Source: Macrostomum lignano (Eukaryota). Taken from it: a stretch of DNA of 64,000 bases. Within the stretch, counting starts at the first letter, position 1. The number at the start of each line of letters is the position of its first letter. The translations under genes and the position numbers were made by a program. The DNA is taken from positions 62,001 through 126,000 of the forward strand of contig NIVC01000293.1 of NCBI GenBank assembly GCA_002269645.1, in the 5' to 3' direction. Below, in pieces: positions 45,691 through 57,408 of the stretch. The notes below the pieces were generated by a model. It searched no databases and had not been told where the DNA came from. It saw only the letters and a program-made list of their open reading frames with translations.

Positions 45691-46544
45691 GAGATATCGA
45701 TGCTGCGTGAACTGTCAGAATATCCTCTGCTGGAACTCATACTCAATCTCTCTACTCTTATACTCTAATAAGAGTAGTCTGGGCTCGTTAAAATAATTTT
45801 TCCTACTGGAACTGGTGTTACCTCAACGGTCTACTGACAGTAGCACATCAAGAATGCTTTAATTTTTATTCGCCGTTTTTAGTTTGAATTAAATCAGATG
45901 TCAAAGGACTTGTTACGGACTCACAAAATGAGTCAGGACAGAAAGGACTGAAATCGGACCCCCCAAAATTACGCTGAAAATAGAACAAAATATCCTCGAA
46001 AAACACCGAAAAAGACATTAACAGTCGGTTTAAAGTCTTAATTGACAAAAAAATTTTTTTTGGAAATCAGCTCATGGGGGACCAATCCGAGTCCGATCAG
46101 GGTCCGCCGGACTCAACCTTTTACACTGGGATGTCAGCTGCATCAGCCCTGTCACTTTCCAGATCAAACTGGGCCCCTCTGGTGTTTTTGATTAGCTGGG
46201 ACACTTTGGCCAATGACTCATCGGTTTCTATTTTGATGGCGCTCAATTGCAGCTGGAACTGTTTCTCATCTTTCTTCAAGTGCTCAGCACACAGAGGACC
46301 TTCCCAGTAGAGCCCATGACCGGAAGCTTGACTGTAGCAACTCCTCAGGCTGCACTGCTTGTCCTGCTCAGAGGTTTCATCGTTCGGTAGATCGCTATGT
46401 GTGCTGCTAGTTGCCATGGCATGCATTAAAGAAAAGTGCATATCATAAACTGTGCTATCATAGGTAGCTAACTTTCAGAGAAGCTTATCTACACATATCA
46501 ATTATAGTTAGGGATTGCCAAAACTTCAGTCTGTTCGATTCCTA

Positions 46545-47500
46545 TAAAAAAGAAAAAAGAGCTAGAAATCTTATTGTCAGAAGTTAAAGCTACCATCAAA
46601 GAACTGAAGCAGAAAGAGGCACCAGGAGAAGACAACAGCAAGACATAACTCATTGAAGATGGTGGGGAAATCACAGCGAATGTGCTGCACAAGCTTTGCA
46701 ACAAGAACCTGAAGACAAGAGTCGCTAAATTAGTTGGCAGAAAGTATTCCCATCACCACCATACCAAAAGACTAACAGTACATGTAAAACCATCAAGCTG
46801 TCAGTCACACGTCAAGTGATAATAAAAGTAATTTTGAAAAGGATCACACCCAAGATAGAAGTTCTAAGCGAGGGCCAAGCTGGGTTTAGAAGAAGATTCT
46901 TCTTCTCCTTGAGAATTCTAAGCAAGAAAGCAAGATGATAGCAGTCCGAGGAGGGACTCGGAGAATTAGTTGGTGAATGTGAAGGTTAATCGTGTACATT
47001 TGGAACACGTGTATGAGAAGCTTTACCTACCTTGTATCGGGAATAGAGAAGACAATGGAAAGTCAGACATGGAAATTTGGATACGAAATGAAAGAGCTAA
47101 AAGACCGCTGGCAAAACTGGACAACATTTGTATCGAGCAAGAAAACATTCACATGAAAAATAAAATTGATGCGATCGGTAGTAATGGCAAATCTTCTTCG
47201 AATGATGATGAAGACCTACAGAAAAATGCCGTGCCAAGCATTTTCGGGGAAAGGAGGTGGAAGGCTGTGTAGGTCTGATCAAGAGAAGGAATTTCCGCTT
47301 CTTCGGGCATGTTGCGAAAAGCGATGGAGTGGTTGATGGTGGTGTTAAGGGAAAGATGGGCAGAGGTAAGCCGCAAGGTGACTGGACAGGCAATCTGAAG
47401 GACTGGGGAGTGAACAGATGCTGCAGCTGAGCAAGATGGCCTTGGATCGAAGGAGGTGGAGAGTCGCTGTCAAGAAATGGGGTGCATCAACGACTATAAT
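46545..47500 (+). mobile_element. Degenerate, internally deleted RTE-clade LINE
   Basis: Broken-frame RT-related motifs in correct order: ILLSEVKATIKELKQKEAPGEDN, VLHKLCNK, QAGFRR, NGKSDMEIWIR, LIKRRNFRFFGHV, DRRRWR. Confidence 0.82.
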
Positions 47501-49208
47501 GATGAGAAAAATAAACATACAAAGGTAAAATTGAGCTGCCTAGTAGGTACCCAGAGTAGTTTATATAGAGCGAATATATAAACTACCGGTATTTTATGTT
47601 TACTAATCATTCAAATAACTAAGAACTAAGCAGTAAGGAACGTTTTAAAAGAGACAATTTTTTGTGACGTAATCCGCCAGTTTATGTTGAGTTTTAGAAG
47701 AACACACATGAAAAACTTTATCATTTTTTCGAGTCGTATAGTTGGTTATTAAGTACAGGAAGTAACAAAACCTAACAAAAAGATATGCTGCATACAATTA
47801 AAAGGCTAAATTTTTCGTGAGTAATTAATGAAATGTAGAATGCAAAGTCATAACAAAATTTAATTGAGCAAAAACAACTAAAATAAATGCGCTAAAGTTC
47901 CTGAAAAAATGGCTAGTTATAAGATGGAATTTTTAATAGCTTTAATCAGCGCTAGTTTTGAGTAGTATTACAAAACATCAAACTTCTACTCGTATATCCC
48001 TATGAAAGCTTTTGCACAACACAACAATTAGAAGGTTATTGTTTGCCTATAACAATTTCTATTCACTAAAACTATTCAATCCACTTTATGTGCACTTTCT
48101 GTAGAGTTGGGGGCCCGGGGATTAGAGTGTTTGCTTGCACAAACGTAGGTACGTGAGATTAGGGAAATATGAAGGTGATACTTAATATTAAAAATTAAAA
48201 GAAATGGTGGAGTGCAAAATCAGCAACCTTCAGACAAACACAGAGGTACTTACCATTTGCTTGTTAAAGAACCTAATAAAACTTTCCCCAATGATTCATC
48301 CCTAATTTGAGAACTTATAGATGGATAAAAATAAAAAGCTAGAAATTGCGTGGCTCAAAACTTTGTGTTTACTACTCCAAAGTAGCCATTAACTATTACA
48401 ATAAGTATTATAAAAAACATACCAAAGCTATATAATTTATTCATAATAAATTTAATTGAAAACGAGTATAAGCAAATAACTAGGTACATGTAATTCAAAA
48501 AATAATAACGTAAACATATTGAGCTGTTTTCGACAGTAGAAAAGTAGAAACAAGATGTAGCACTTCTCGATAAATACTTTCTAAAAATTTATAACGCCAA
48601 CACCACAATGCTACTATAAAAATACGTTTGTGCATTGGTAACACTAAGATGGCACCGGAAATTAGACTGGTTTATTGAAAAAATACTTACGAATGAAAAC
48701 TGCAAACAAAAAGTAGCTATTCGTTCTCATGAACTGTATCAGTCGGCTTTCATCATCGTTCGATCGAAACATTCATTGTTTTGTTTTTAATTATGCTCTA
48801 TTTCATTCGAAAAAACTCAAAAGGCAAACGCCTTATGCGACTAAAGAAAAGCAACAATGATACGCAATCCAAGATTTACACTGATGCCCACAGCCATAGA
48901 GGCACTGACAGCCCAGACCACGTACTGATCATTTAAAGTTTTTGAATCTTTAATTTTCAAAATTGTCAAAAGAAAGCCTCATAGGAGCCTGACTTTATTA
49001 GACAATGAACAACAAAAAAAACATTTTCTTAGAATGGTGGTACTTGAACTTTTAGAAACACTATAAGAGCTTCATCGTCTATAGAAAATCAGCCGCATAA
49101 ACTTTCTTAAAAAACAGACAACTCGATATGTTGAAAACACGTCCTGTTCGTTTGAAAAATTAAAGCTAACAGAAAAACGCATCAGCTTAAAAAGTCATAT
49201 GACGTTAC

Positions 49209-50117
49209 CTAGGAGATGCAGAGGCGCACTAAAACGCGATGGGTGCAGGACAAGCTGAGAAATAACAGCAAAGTGCTCGTCGACTCCCTGCTAAAACTGC
49301 AGCAACGAACCGACTCGAGGCGGTAATTTATACCACAGTTCTGGCAACGAGTGAAATAATTCGCACCTAACGACACCAACTCAATTACCTTAATCTCTCG
49401 TCCGTTGCCATCCAGAATTTTCACACTTCCATCACTATCGCACACAGCCAGAAATTCTGAGCAGAGTTCAGCTACACATCTAATATTCGAGCTACCGCTC
49501 TGATACAGCTTCGAGAATTGATGAGTTCTAAGACTCATCCGATATACTGCTGACGAGGTGGTGATGATCAAACTGCGGTTTCGATGCACGATGCTATGAG
49601 CCTCTTTAATATCATGCGATATTTTTATCTTCGTCTGCAGCTCGCATGTTTCCAAGGACATGAACTGGACACCACTATGTCCGAGAATGTACAGCTTATC
49701 CATGTCGTGAGTCATGCCGAGTACACTTCCAAGCTGCACATGCTGAATAGTGCGAAGCTGAGTTCCCGCCAGATCAGTCACTGTCAAAGACTGGCTGCCA
49801 TTGAGCAGGAAACACTGCTGCAGATGATTCACCAATTCGCCAGAAGCAACTTCATACTGAGTGTTCCATCGACTGAGAGAAACACCATCAGAGTTGAAAA
49901 CTAAAACACATCTAGGATACGGACCTGAATTGCAAAAGACGAATACACAAGCGCTTGGTAGGGCCTGAAACCCAGGCTGACACGTCTTAGAGAGCGACTG
50001 ACCAGAGTAAAAGTATCCATCAGTCTTGTAGCACAAACCGACGAAAGCAATTGATAATCTAACATCCATGTGGATGACGGATAGACTTGGTTGGCACGTC
50101 TTAAATCTCTCTACCAT
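49209..50117 (-). CDS. Family copy B: propeller-only paralogue, 302 aa
   Basis: Shares GFQALPS, LVNHLQQ, VTDLAGTQLR, THDMDKLYIL with copies C/E. ATG in GCCATGG context 13 nt after a CTAAT-polyT-AG acceptor. Confidence 0.78.
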   Translation of the reverse strand: MVERFKTCQPSLSVIHMDVRLSIAFVGLCYKTDGYFYSGQSLSKTCQPGFQALPSACVFVFCNSGPYPRCVLVFNSDGVSLSRWNTQYEVASGELVNHLQQCFLLNGSQSLTVTDLAGTQLRTIQHVQLGSVLGMTHDMDKLYILGHSGVQFMSLETCELQTKIKISHDIKEAHSIVHRNRSLIITTSSAVYRMSLRTHQFSKLYQSGSSNIRCVAELCSEFLAVCDSDGSVKILDGNGREIKVIELVSLGANYFTRCQNCGINYRLESVRCCSFSRESTSTLLLFLSLSCTHRVLVRLCIS

Positions 50118-50519
50118 GGCAATAGAAGAGCTTGAAAAAAATTAGACAAAATTTTTGTCGATTTTGTCAATTGTCTATTAGCGCGGATGCTAATTACGAG
50201 CTATAATAGATGGTACTATGATATCTGGGACCACTAAGTATACTAACGTCCGTTGACAAGTGTGGCAATTGTTCACATAGTTGAAAACTAATTCCTCATT
50301 GATTATTTCTTCGTGAAAAGTTATAACCACGCGCTTAATATTACAATCACCTTGCAAGAAAAATTATGGGGTTTTATTGTAGGTGTTGCAATTAGCAACG
50401 TAAAGACATGCTCCTAGTCTTTGTTAATTTTAAACGGCGTCAGTAGTGAGCTTTTTCGAAATGATACCTTACTAGATTAAAGTAAAAGTCTCTTAAAAAA
50501 CGGCACAACAGCGATTGGA

Positions 50520-52028
50520 TTAACCAATAGAAACGCGCCCAAGGAGTCGGTGTCCGCATGACATGTGCATAAGAAGAACGAAACAGCTTGTGGAATCTAA
50601 ATAGGCTCCGCAGCAGATGACAGAGTCACAGATGATATTATTGCATCTACTCCGTCCACACGCTTGACAATAGTTCACGTAGTTGAAACCATAGTCTGAA
50701 AGAGTGAAACTTCTCAACCGCTGCCCTGAGCTGCTCACAAAAACCACATTTCCATTAGTTTCGCAGACTGCAATAAATATAGAGCCAATAACAGCGATAC
50801 AAAAGTTCTGACTGTCTATCAGCTTCTTCACACCACCGGTGCCGATGTTTAATCGATGCACAGTTGATGGAGTAGCCAGAATTAAGCTGCGTCCTGAAGC
50901 TGTTACACTGCGAGCGTCCTTCACATGATCGGGCAGCGTCAAGCTCTGATGCAGCTCAAGCGACTCCAGAGAGAGGCAGTTCACGCAACCGTTGCTGAGA
51001 ATGTACAGCTTCTCCATGTCATGAGTGAGGCTTATTGGAGCTTGGCACTGCACATTCTGGACACTTCGCAACTGGGTGCCAGTCAGGTCAGTCACAATTA
51101 GGGACTGATTGGTTCCAAGAAGAAATATCTGCTGAAGATGATCAACAAGTGTGCCTGAAGCTAGCTGCACTCCGTTGTTACCAACGTTCCACTGACTGAT
51201 TATTTGCATGTCTGATCTACAGACCATGAAAAACCAATACTGCGAATTATTAGCCACACAAAAAGTGCTTCCGCTAGGGAGAGCTTGAAATCCGTTTTGG
51301 TTTGTCTTCGTGACTGCTTGAGCTGAAAAATAGTATCCAGCAGTATTGCTACAAACAGCAGCAAGAAGATAGAATACATTGCTGGCCAAATTAGGAGACA
51401 CCTTAACAGTGGGCACGGCAGACTCAAGTCTAGCTTTTAGTTTCTCACCGTCAGGATCCTCAGCCTCATCTGCGATAGTCTCAACAGCCTGTTGCAATCT
51501 CAGTACCTGGTGCACACTGTTGTCTACCGGATCGACAAACTCTTCTGATATCGGGGCATCCTCAAGCGAGATCTGGACCTCTTGATGCAGCCTGAATCCT
51601 TTAGTTGAAACACCTTTGGCTTCCTCCTCGCCGATATCGACCGAAAGTTTCTCTATGAAGCCGAGAGTTCTCAAGTTCTGCTCTACATTGTCTATTTTGG
51701 AGTCCAATCTGCTCATCACATTTTCTCTGCACTGCTGCAATCTCTGAAAGATTGCGTCAAACAGGTCAGCGGCCTCAGCTCTGTCGCTGGTCAGATCAAA
51801 CAGAGCTCCCCTGTTTGCTTTCAACAGTTCATCTGTCTTCGATAATACCTCAGTGTTCTCTGATTTAACATCGGCGTATTTCTTTGCGAAAATCTTCTTT
51901 TCTTTAGCGAGATGTCGCTTGCAGAGTTGCCCGCTCCAGTATATTCCAAGACCTGACGAAGGCTCTGTGCAATGTGTCATGGTGCACGTCTGTGCATCGG
52001 ATTCTGCATCGACGCTATCGGTTGTCAT
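50520..52028 (-). CDS. Family copy C: CCCH zinc motif + coiled coil + beta-propeller-like protein, 502 aa, intronless CDS
   Basis: Open ORF with C-x4-C-x15-C-x2-H, a heptad-like helical region, repeated short beta-strand blades and a C-terminal Cys cluster. Confidence 0.88.
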   Translation of the reverse strand: MTTDSVDAESDAQTCTMTHCTEPSSGLGIYWSGQLCKRHLAKEKKIFAKKYADVKSENTEVLSKTDELLKANRGALFDLTSDRAEAADLFDAIFQRLQQCRENVMSRLDSKIDNVEQNLRTLGFIEKLSVDIGEEEAKGVSTKGFRLHQEVQISLEDAPISEEFVDPVDNSVHQVLRLQQAVETIADEAEDPDGEKLKARLESAVPTVKVSPNLASNVFYLLAAVCSNTAGYYFSAQAVTKTNQNGFQALPSGSTFCVANNSQYWFFMVCRSDMQIISQWNVGNNGVQLASGTLVDHLQQIFLLGTNQSLIVTDLTGTQLRSVQNVQCQAPISLTHDMEKLYILSNGCVNCLSLESLELHQSLTLPDHVKDARSVTASGRSLILATPSTVHRLNIGTGGVKKLIDSQNFCIAVIGSIFIAVCETNGNVVFVSSSGQRLRSFTLSDYGFNYVNYCQACGRSRCNNIICDSVICCGAYLDSTSCFVLLMHMSCGHRLLGRVSIG

Positions 52029-53997
52029 AGCAGAAAAGAGAAAATATTAGCTACTGAGAATACGAGTAATACTAAAAATATATATATAAATACTAAATGC
52101 TAATCGCTGCTGAAGCTGTAATAGAAGTGATTGTTGATAAAAAACGAATTGTCTATATATGCAAGGGCTTGAGCTTGCTACCATACCATGCTGTACTGCA
52201 TCGGAACCTCTCATTGGTCAGTGCCTCGGTTGGTATTGAGGTTGCCTATATTTTTGAGTCTAAGAAAGCAAAAAAAATTAGTCATGATTTGATGGAAAGC
52301 ATTGATTCGGTGTTGAGACGCTTAAGCTCCTCGAGAAGGGCTCAGTATTTCACAAAAATTCAGCGAGAGTTTTAGTAAATCAGATGCTTATAAATTGAAA
52401 TTATCTAAAAATTTAGAAAGTCATTAGCCTGACAGTTTTCATATCGTATAATCATGCGAATAATCACAGAAAGTGAAAATGAGTTACCTAGTACCTACCT
52501 AAAATGAGCTTACATACAAACTATCCACCTATACTAAATCTTTAAGATCTTTATGTTTACTAATATTCAAATAACTAAAAAATGGAGATAAAAACGTTTG
52601 AAAAATAAGAAACTTATTTGTGACGCAATCCGCCGTTTATATTGTGGTTTAGAAAAACAAACTTAAAAACCTTCGAGACTGCGAAAGCATAGCAGCTATA
52701 AAAAACGAACTTTGATCGGCGCTAAATTTGAGCACTGGAAATGACAAATTTTGCAGATATTACGAGCTAACAGATTTTACTAACATAGAACTTCGAAATC
52801 CACAGCCAGAAGCCTGTTGCTTACCCATAAAAATTTCTGGCGCGCAAGGATTTTTTAGGATCTATATGTGCACTTTATGTAGAGTTGCGGGATTAAAGTG
52901 TTGCTTGCAAAAAATTAGGGAAGTGAGTTTTCGGTAATATAAAGTTATGCGATCTCAAATTTGGGCGTCGTTAAGGTTAGGCAATTTAACAAATCGAAAA
53001 TTTGTGGTGTGTGAAAGCAACAACCTTCAGACAAAAAGACAGTTACCTATCAACGGCACATTGTTCAAGAATCGAACGAAACTTTCCCCATGACTATCAC
53101 TAATTTGAGTACTTTAACAGATCGTTATTGAAAGAGATATATGAAATTGACAAAAATTACACGTCATATAGCCTCAGAATTCTGGGTTTAGTGCTCAAAT
53201 AGACAATAACTATTTCAATAATTTTTTACAGAAAAATAATAAAGGATTTTGAGACTTCTAGGTCAAAACTATATACTCGTATTTATGCATATCTATACGC
53301 CCGTATAATAGAAAAAAATTCTAAACAACAATTGGGTACGTAAAAATAATAGCATAAACATTAAATAGTTTCCGACAGTAGTAAAGTAGAAAAATCTGTA
53401 GCATGTCTTGATGAATACTTTCGGAAAATTTTAGGAATGCCAAAACCACATTGCCAGTATAAAAGTATGTTTTTACATTGGTAACACTTACATGGCAGCG
53501 GACATTAGGTTAGCTGATTTATCGTAAATTAGAGTGAGCAAACAAAAATACGATTGTAAAAATATTAAAAAACCTCAAACACCAATCGTCTACTTCTGTT
53601 CTAAATTGGACGGCTCAATTTAAAAAAGCATAAGAGCTATGCAGAAAGGTTGAAATGCTGAAATAAGATGGAATCTAAGGTTTATACTCATGCACACAGC
53701 CAGTAGCGTAGCCAAGGTCAAGAGGGACTTAGAGTCCTGACAGAAAAGCTGATAGGAACATGAATTTCTAATAGCCAATGAACAACGCAAGTTTTTATAA
53801 GGTATAGAAACACTTAAGTTGTGTGGACTATAGAAATTCCTATTAATCTTATTTGTCCCACCAATCAGCTATATCGGCTGTCTCAACACAAAGCCAAGAG
53901 ATCAAACTAGAAATGTATTGACACTCCCTATCATCGAATAAGTTTAAAACTCGGTAGCTCAGTTTAAAAAACTTTCACAATTTACAAAGTTTTAGTA

Positions 53998-54435
53998 CTA
54001 GTGGGCTGACTGACTTTTGACATCAACCGAAAGTTTCTCTACACAGCTGAGAGACCTCTGGATCTGCTCCATATCTGCAATATTCGAGTTTAATCTACCA
54101 AGCACTTTCTCCCTGCACTCATTCACTCTTGCAATGACAGCCTCAAACAGGTCAGCCGTCTCAGCCCGGTCAGTCGTCAGCTCGAATTGAGCAGCTTTAG
54201 CGCGGTTGGTGAGCTGCGAAGCACCAGCGAGTATCGAATCGGTTTCATTCTTAATGCTGGCGAACCGACTTTTAAACTGCTCTTTGTCACTCTCGAGATG
54301 CTCAGCGCAGAGAGGCCCGGCCCAATAGTGTCCGCGGCCCGAAGCCGGGCTCTGGCAGTGGCTGAGGCTGCACAGTCGGCTTGCTGGTCGATCCTGCTCG
54401 TCGCTTGTTGCGCTTGATTTACGTTTTGTTGCCAT
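53998..54435 (-). pseudogene. Family copy D: N-terminal half only (zinc motif + coiled coil), stop after SVDVKSQSAH
   Basis: CSLSHC...YWAGPLCAEH and TDRAETADLFEAVIARVNECREKVLGRL match the family, then homology ends abruptly. Confidence 0.72.
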
Positions 54436-54674
54436 CGTTAAAGCATATATGGGCCCAGTTTTCAAAAAAGCAGTCCATGATATTGTCGTGTCAATCAAAA
54501 AACAAACTTTCAACCAGATTTTCCAAAAAATTGTCGGTACTTGTCACTTCATAATTTTCCTACACATTCACAGTTCTTAACCAGAAAGCAAACATAAAAT
54601 AATTGAATTAATTTAAGCAAAACAAAGAACTGGTTCAGTCTGCTTAAAAAATGTAAGTAAACGCAGAGACATTA

Positions 54675-54920
54675 AATATACTTAGCAACATTGAAAAGTC
54701 GCCATTACAGAGGATTCCATCTGTGGTCGCCACTTTTGAGAGAGTGCAGGTAAAGTCTCTCAATCTTTGCGAGTGACGCAACTCAGCTACGCCACGCGGC
54801 AGACTTGAGTTGGGGAATGAAGTGGGGGAGCGGTGTGCGAGGGTTGGACGGATTGAAGCTACCCCGATCAGTTTTATAGTATCTTTTATTTCATTCATTC
54901 AAAATAGTCCAAGAGAAATT
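54675..54920 (+). repeat. Left arm of a diverged ~250-bp inverted repeat
   Basis: Reverse complement of 56897-57150 aligns, e.g. ATATACTTAGCAACAT(T/C)GAAAAGTCGCCAT and TCTGTGGTCGCCACTTTTGAGA. Confidence 0.85.
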
Positions 54921-55439
54921 GCTTACTGGTGCATAGAGTGATAACTTTTCAATGTTGCTGAGTATAATATGTATATTTTAAAAAGTGCCTGCTATAACAC
55001 AACAAAAGGCATACATGTAGTGTATGAGGATGATATAATACATACTTCGTATGAGGATACTTTAGAGGATCATATACCACACAGCTGACGAGCCAAGTAA
55101 ACTGAATTGTAAAATAAATTTACGATAAAACTGGGTACCAGTATAAGCTATCTTAGAAAAATATTCTAATTAAAGCTTACAAGCTAAAAGTAAACACTTA
55201 CATGCTTTAATTGGTAGATTAATTGGTAGATATTGGTAGAATCAATGTGCTATCTTTAATTTTAATATACAAATTTGACGGTAAGAAATTGTCTTTTAAA
55301 AAACATTTTTTTCTAATAAAAATGATGGAGCGTGGATTCATTACAGAGTAAAAGTATTGAAAGAAAAAGAGCCAAACAAAAGGAGACTAAGCCATTGAAG
55401 TGTTTTGAAATGGAAATTAGTATCAACACGAAATAAATC

Positions 55440-55560
55440 ATTGCACGATAACGAAGCACTGCCGCAGATGATAGATTGGCAGGTACTATTGTTTTTGAGC
55501 CCCATATATGCTAAACGTCCGTAGAGAAGTGTGACGATTGTCCACAGTGTTGCAACCTAT
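55440..55560 (-). pseudogene. Fragment of the family C-terminal Cys region
   Basis: Minus strand encodes NSTCQSIICGS, compared with NTTCQSIICSG in copy E. Confidence 0.55.
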
Positions 55561-56896
55561 TTGAAACAATGACAAAAATCCTTGTCATTTTATCACGCGC
55601 ATAATATTTCAATTCGACGCGTTCAATTAGCGATTTGCTTCACGTACACACGGTTAGTTTGCCAGGCTGTCACAGGCTCGATCGCTTGATCTACGACTGG
55701 TCGCTGGACTGGTCTGCAGTTACTTTTCTGTCTTTTTAAGAAGCATAGCTGAAATGCGTAATTCGACAGACTGCCACTGATTGTCACTCAATAGATTGGT
55801 CACCTTTTAACTGGAGTTGATTACAAGTGTAATAGCTGATAACAGTGCATTACCGAAATTAGGTGAAGATAAACCAGCTTTAAAGGAAGTCCGGTCAGTG
55901 CTGTCTCCTTTTGAGATGTTTGACAGAATACTGTGTATTTTGGCTAATTAAACTATAAAAAAGGTTTTGTCGAGAAAGCTGCACCAAAATGAATACAAGC
56001 TTAAAAGTAAACGATACCTGTAACAATAAAGACTGACTAGATTAAAAGCAGAAAATGTCAAAACTACCAACAAAAAATCTAATAACAATAATTAACTCAA
56101 ATTTTGCAAAAAACAAGGTGTACCACAAATCTATCATTACTACAAGTGCAGTTAACTACTCGAGATAATGCTGATACACTTTCTCGATAAATGAAAACCA
56201 AGGAAACACCACAAAGCTTATCTAAAACCAAGCTGAAAAAATTAATAGACGTTAAAAGAAGAAGCACAGCTAATCTTAGTTCTGCGAGCTAGATTCAGCT
56301 AAATTGACTGGCAATAATTGGCGCAACCAGGATTTAAACGTAAACGCAGATATAAAAATGGAACACAGAGCAACGCGCCGTACTAAACAGGTTATATTCG
56401 ATAGCTGGTCGGACCAGTTGACGATAAACGCTGAAATATTCCGTCTGGGTCCCTCACTTTCAGGTCTCTAACAGCAGAGTGACGCTGATGCAAAAAAAAA
56501 TCGGAATGGGATCGATGGTCAAAAACACAAAATTCTTCTGGTGAAGCCTAGCACGTAGCATCCCCAGCTTGGGATGTCCAGTATTCACCGTGTCTCACTA
56601 CGGCAGTACGCAGCTGGTAGGGCAGCTACAAATCTTGTGTCTTAAAAAATGGAGTATGGAACAAGCTGGATGACACGAGAGTTAAAAAGTACTACTTCGT
56701 ACAATCTATTGATTTATATGAGCAATCAATGATTACATTAGTAGCCCTGTTAGAAGAGTAGAGGCCCATGGGATTATCTGTGAACATATTTACTAACCAT
56801 CGTTACTGCCAAATAAGTAATCTAAAAAACACCATTGCGCTTTATCACCTAAAGAAAATGTACTGAGAAACATTGAAAAGTCGCCAATCTATGCGC

Positions 56897-57150
56897 CAAT
56901 GAGAGATTTCTCTTGGACTATTCTGAAATCTGAAATAAAAGACGCGAGAAACTGAGGGGTAGCTTTAATCAGTTCAACCCACATACACGGCTTCCCACAC
57001 TTCATTCCTCAACCAAAGTCAGCCGCGTGGCGTCGCTAAGTTGCGTCAGTCGCACAGATTGAGATACTTTTTACCTGAATTCTCAAAAGTGGCGACCACA
57101 GACGGAATCTTCTGTGATGGCGACTTTTCGATGTTGCTAAGTATATAATT
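56897..57150 (-). repeat. Right arm of a diverged ~250-bp inverted repeat
   Basis: Matches 54675-54920 in reverse complement. Confidence 0.85.
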
Positions 57151-57408
57151 GTCAAGAAAACAACTACTAATTTTAAAAAAACGGAAATGGACTACGTATA
57201 AGATATATAAAAATTTGGGCGCGGTTAAAAACTTACCAAAAAACATACATCATATTAAAACTGCATGCAAGCAAAATAGTATAGGTAGCAACTAAAAACA
57301 TTCTCCTCGTCTCCGATCAATTTTAAAAAAGGTCCTTAGTTAAATTATTCGAAATCATACCTTAATAGAGTAAAAGTATCAGAACAAAACGAGCAAACAG
57401 CTCCATGA

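Larger units (their letters stand above)
37606..46130. mobile_element. CACTA/EnSpm-like (CMC superfamily) DNA transposon, 8525 bp, apparently autonomous
   Basis: TIRs CCCAGTGTAAAAAGTCGAGTCCGACGGAC versus reverse complement CCCAGTGTAAAAGGTTGAGTCCGGCGGAC (26/29 match), 2-bp TSD AT at 37604-37605 and 46131-46132, subterminal GATCGGACCCT repeats, internal transposase. Confidence 0.92.
35290..46417 (-). pseudogene. Family copy A (zinc-finger/coiled-coil/beta-propeller protein) split into 46417-46131, 37603-37445 and 36382-35290 by two insertions
   Basis: Segments are collinear with intact copies C and E. Removing each insertion plus one TSD gives 1539 nt, an open 512-aa frame (junctions ...AADMFDSI... 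and ...EGNALSSFRL...). Confidence 0.88.

Noticed and set aside
46970-47272. THAP-like AVPSIF motif
   Set aside because: The segment sits collinearly within RTE LINE remnants (NGKSDMEIWIR..., and MMKTYRKM in another frame) and lacks THAP Cys/His ligands.
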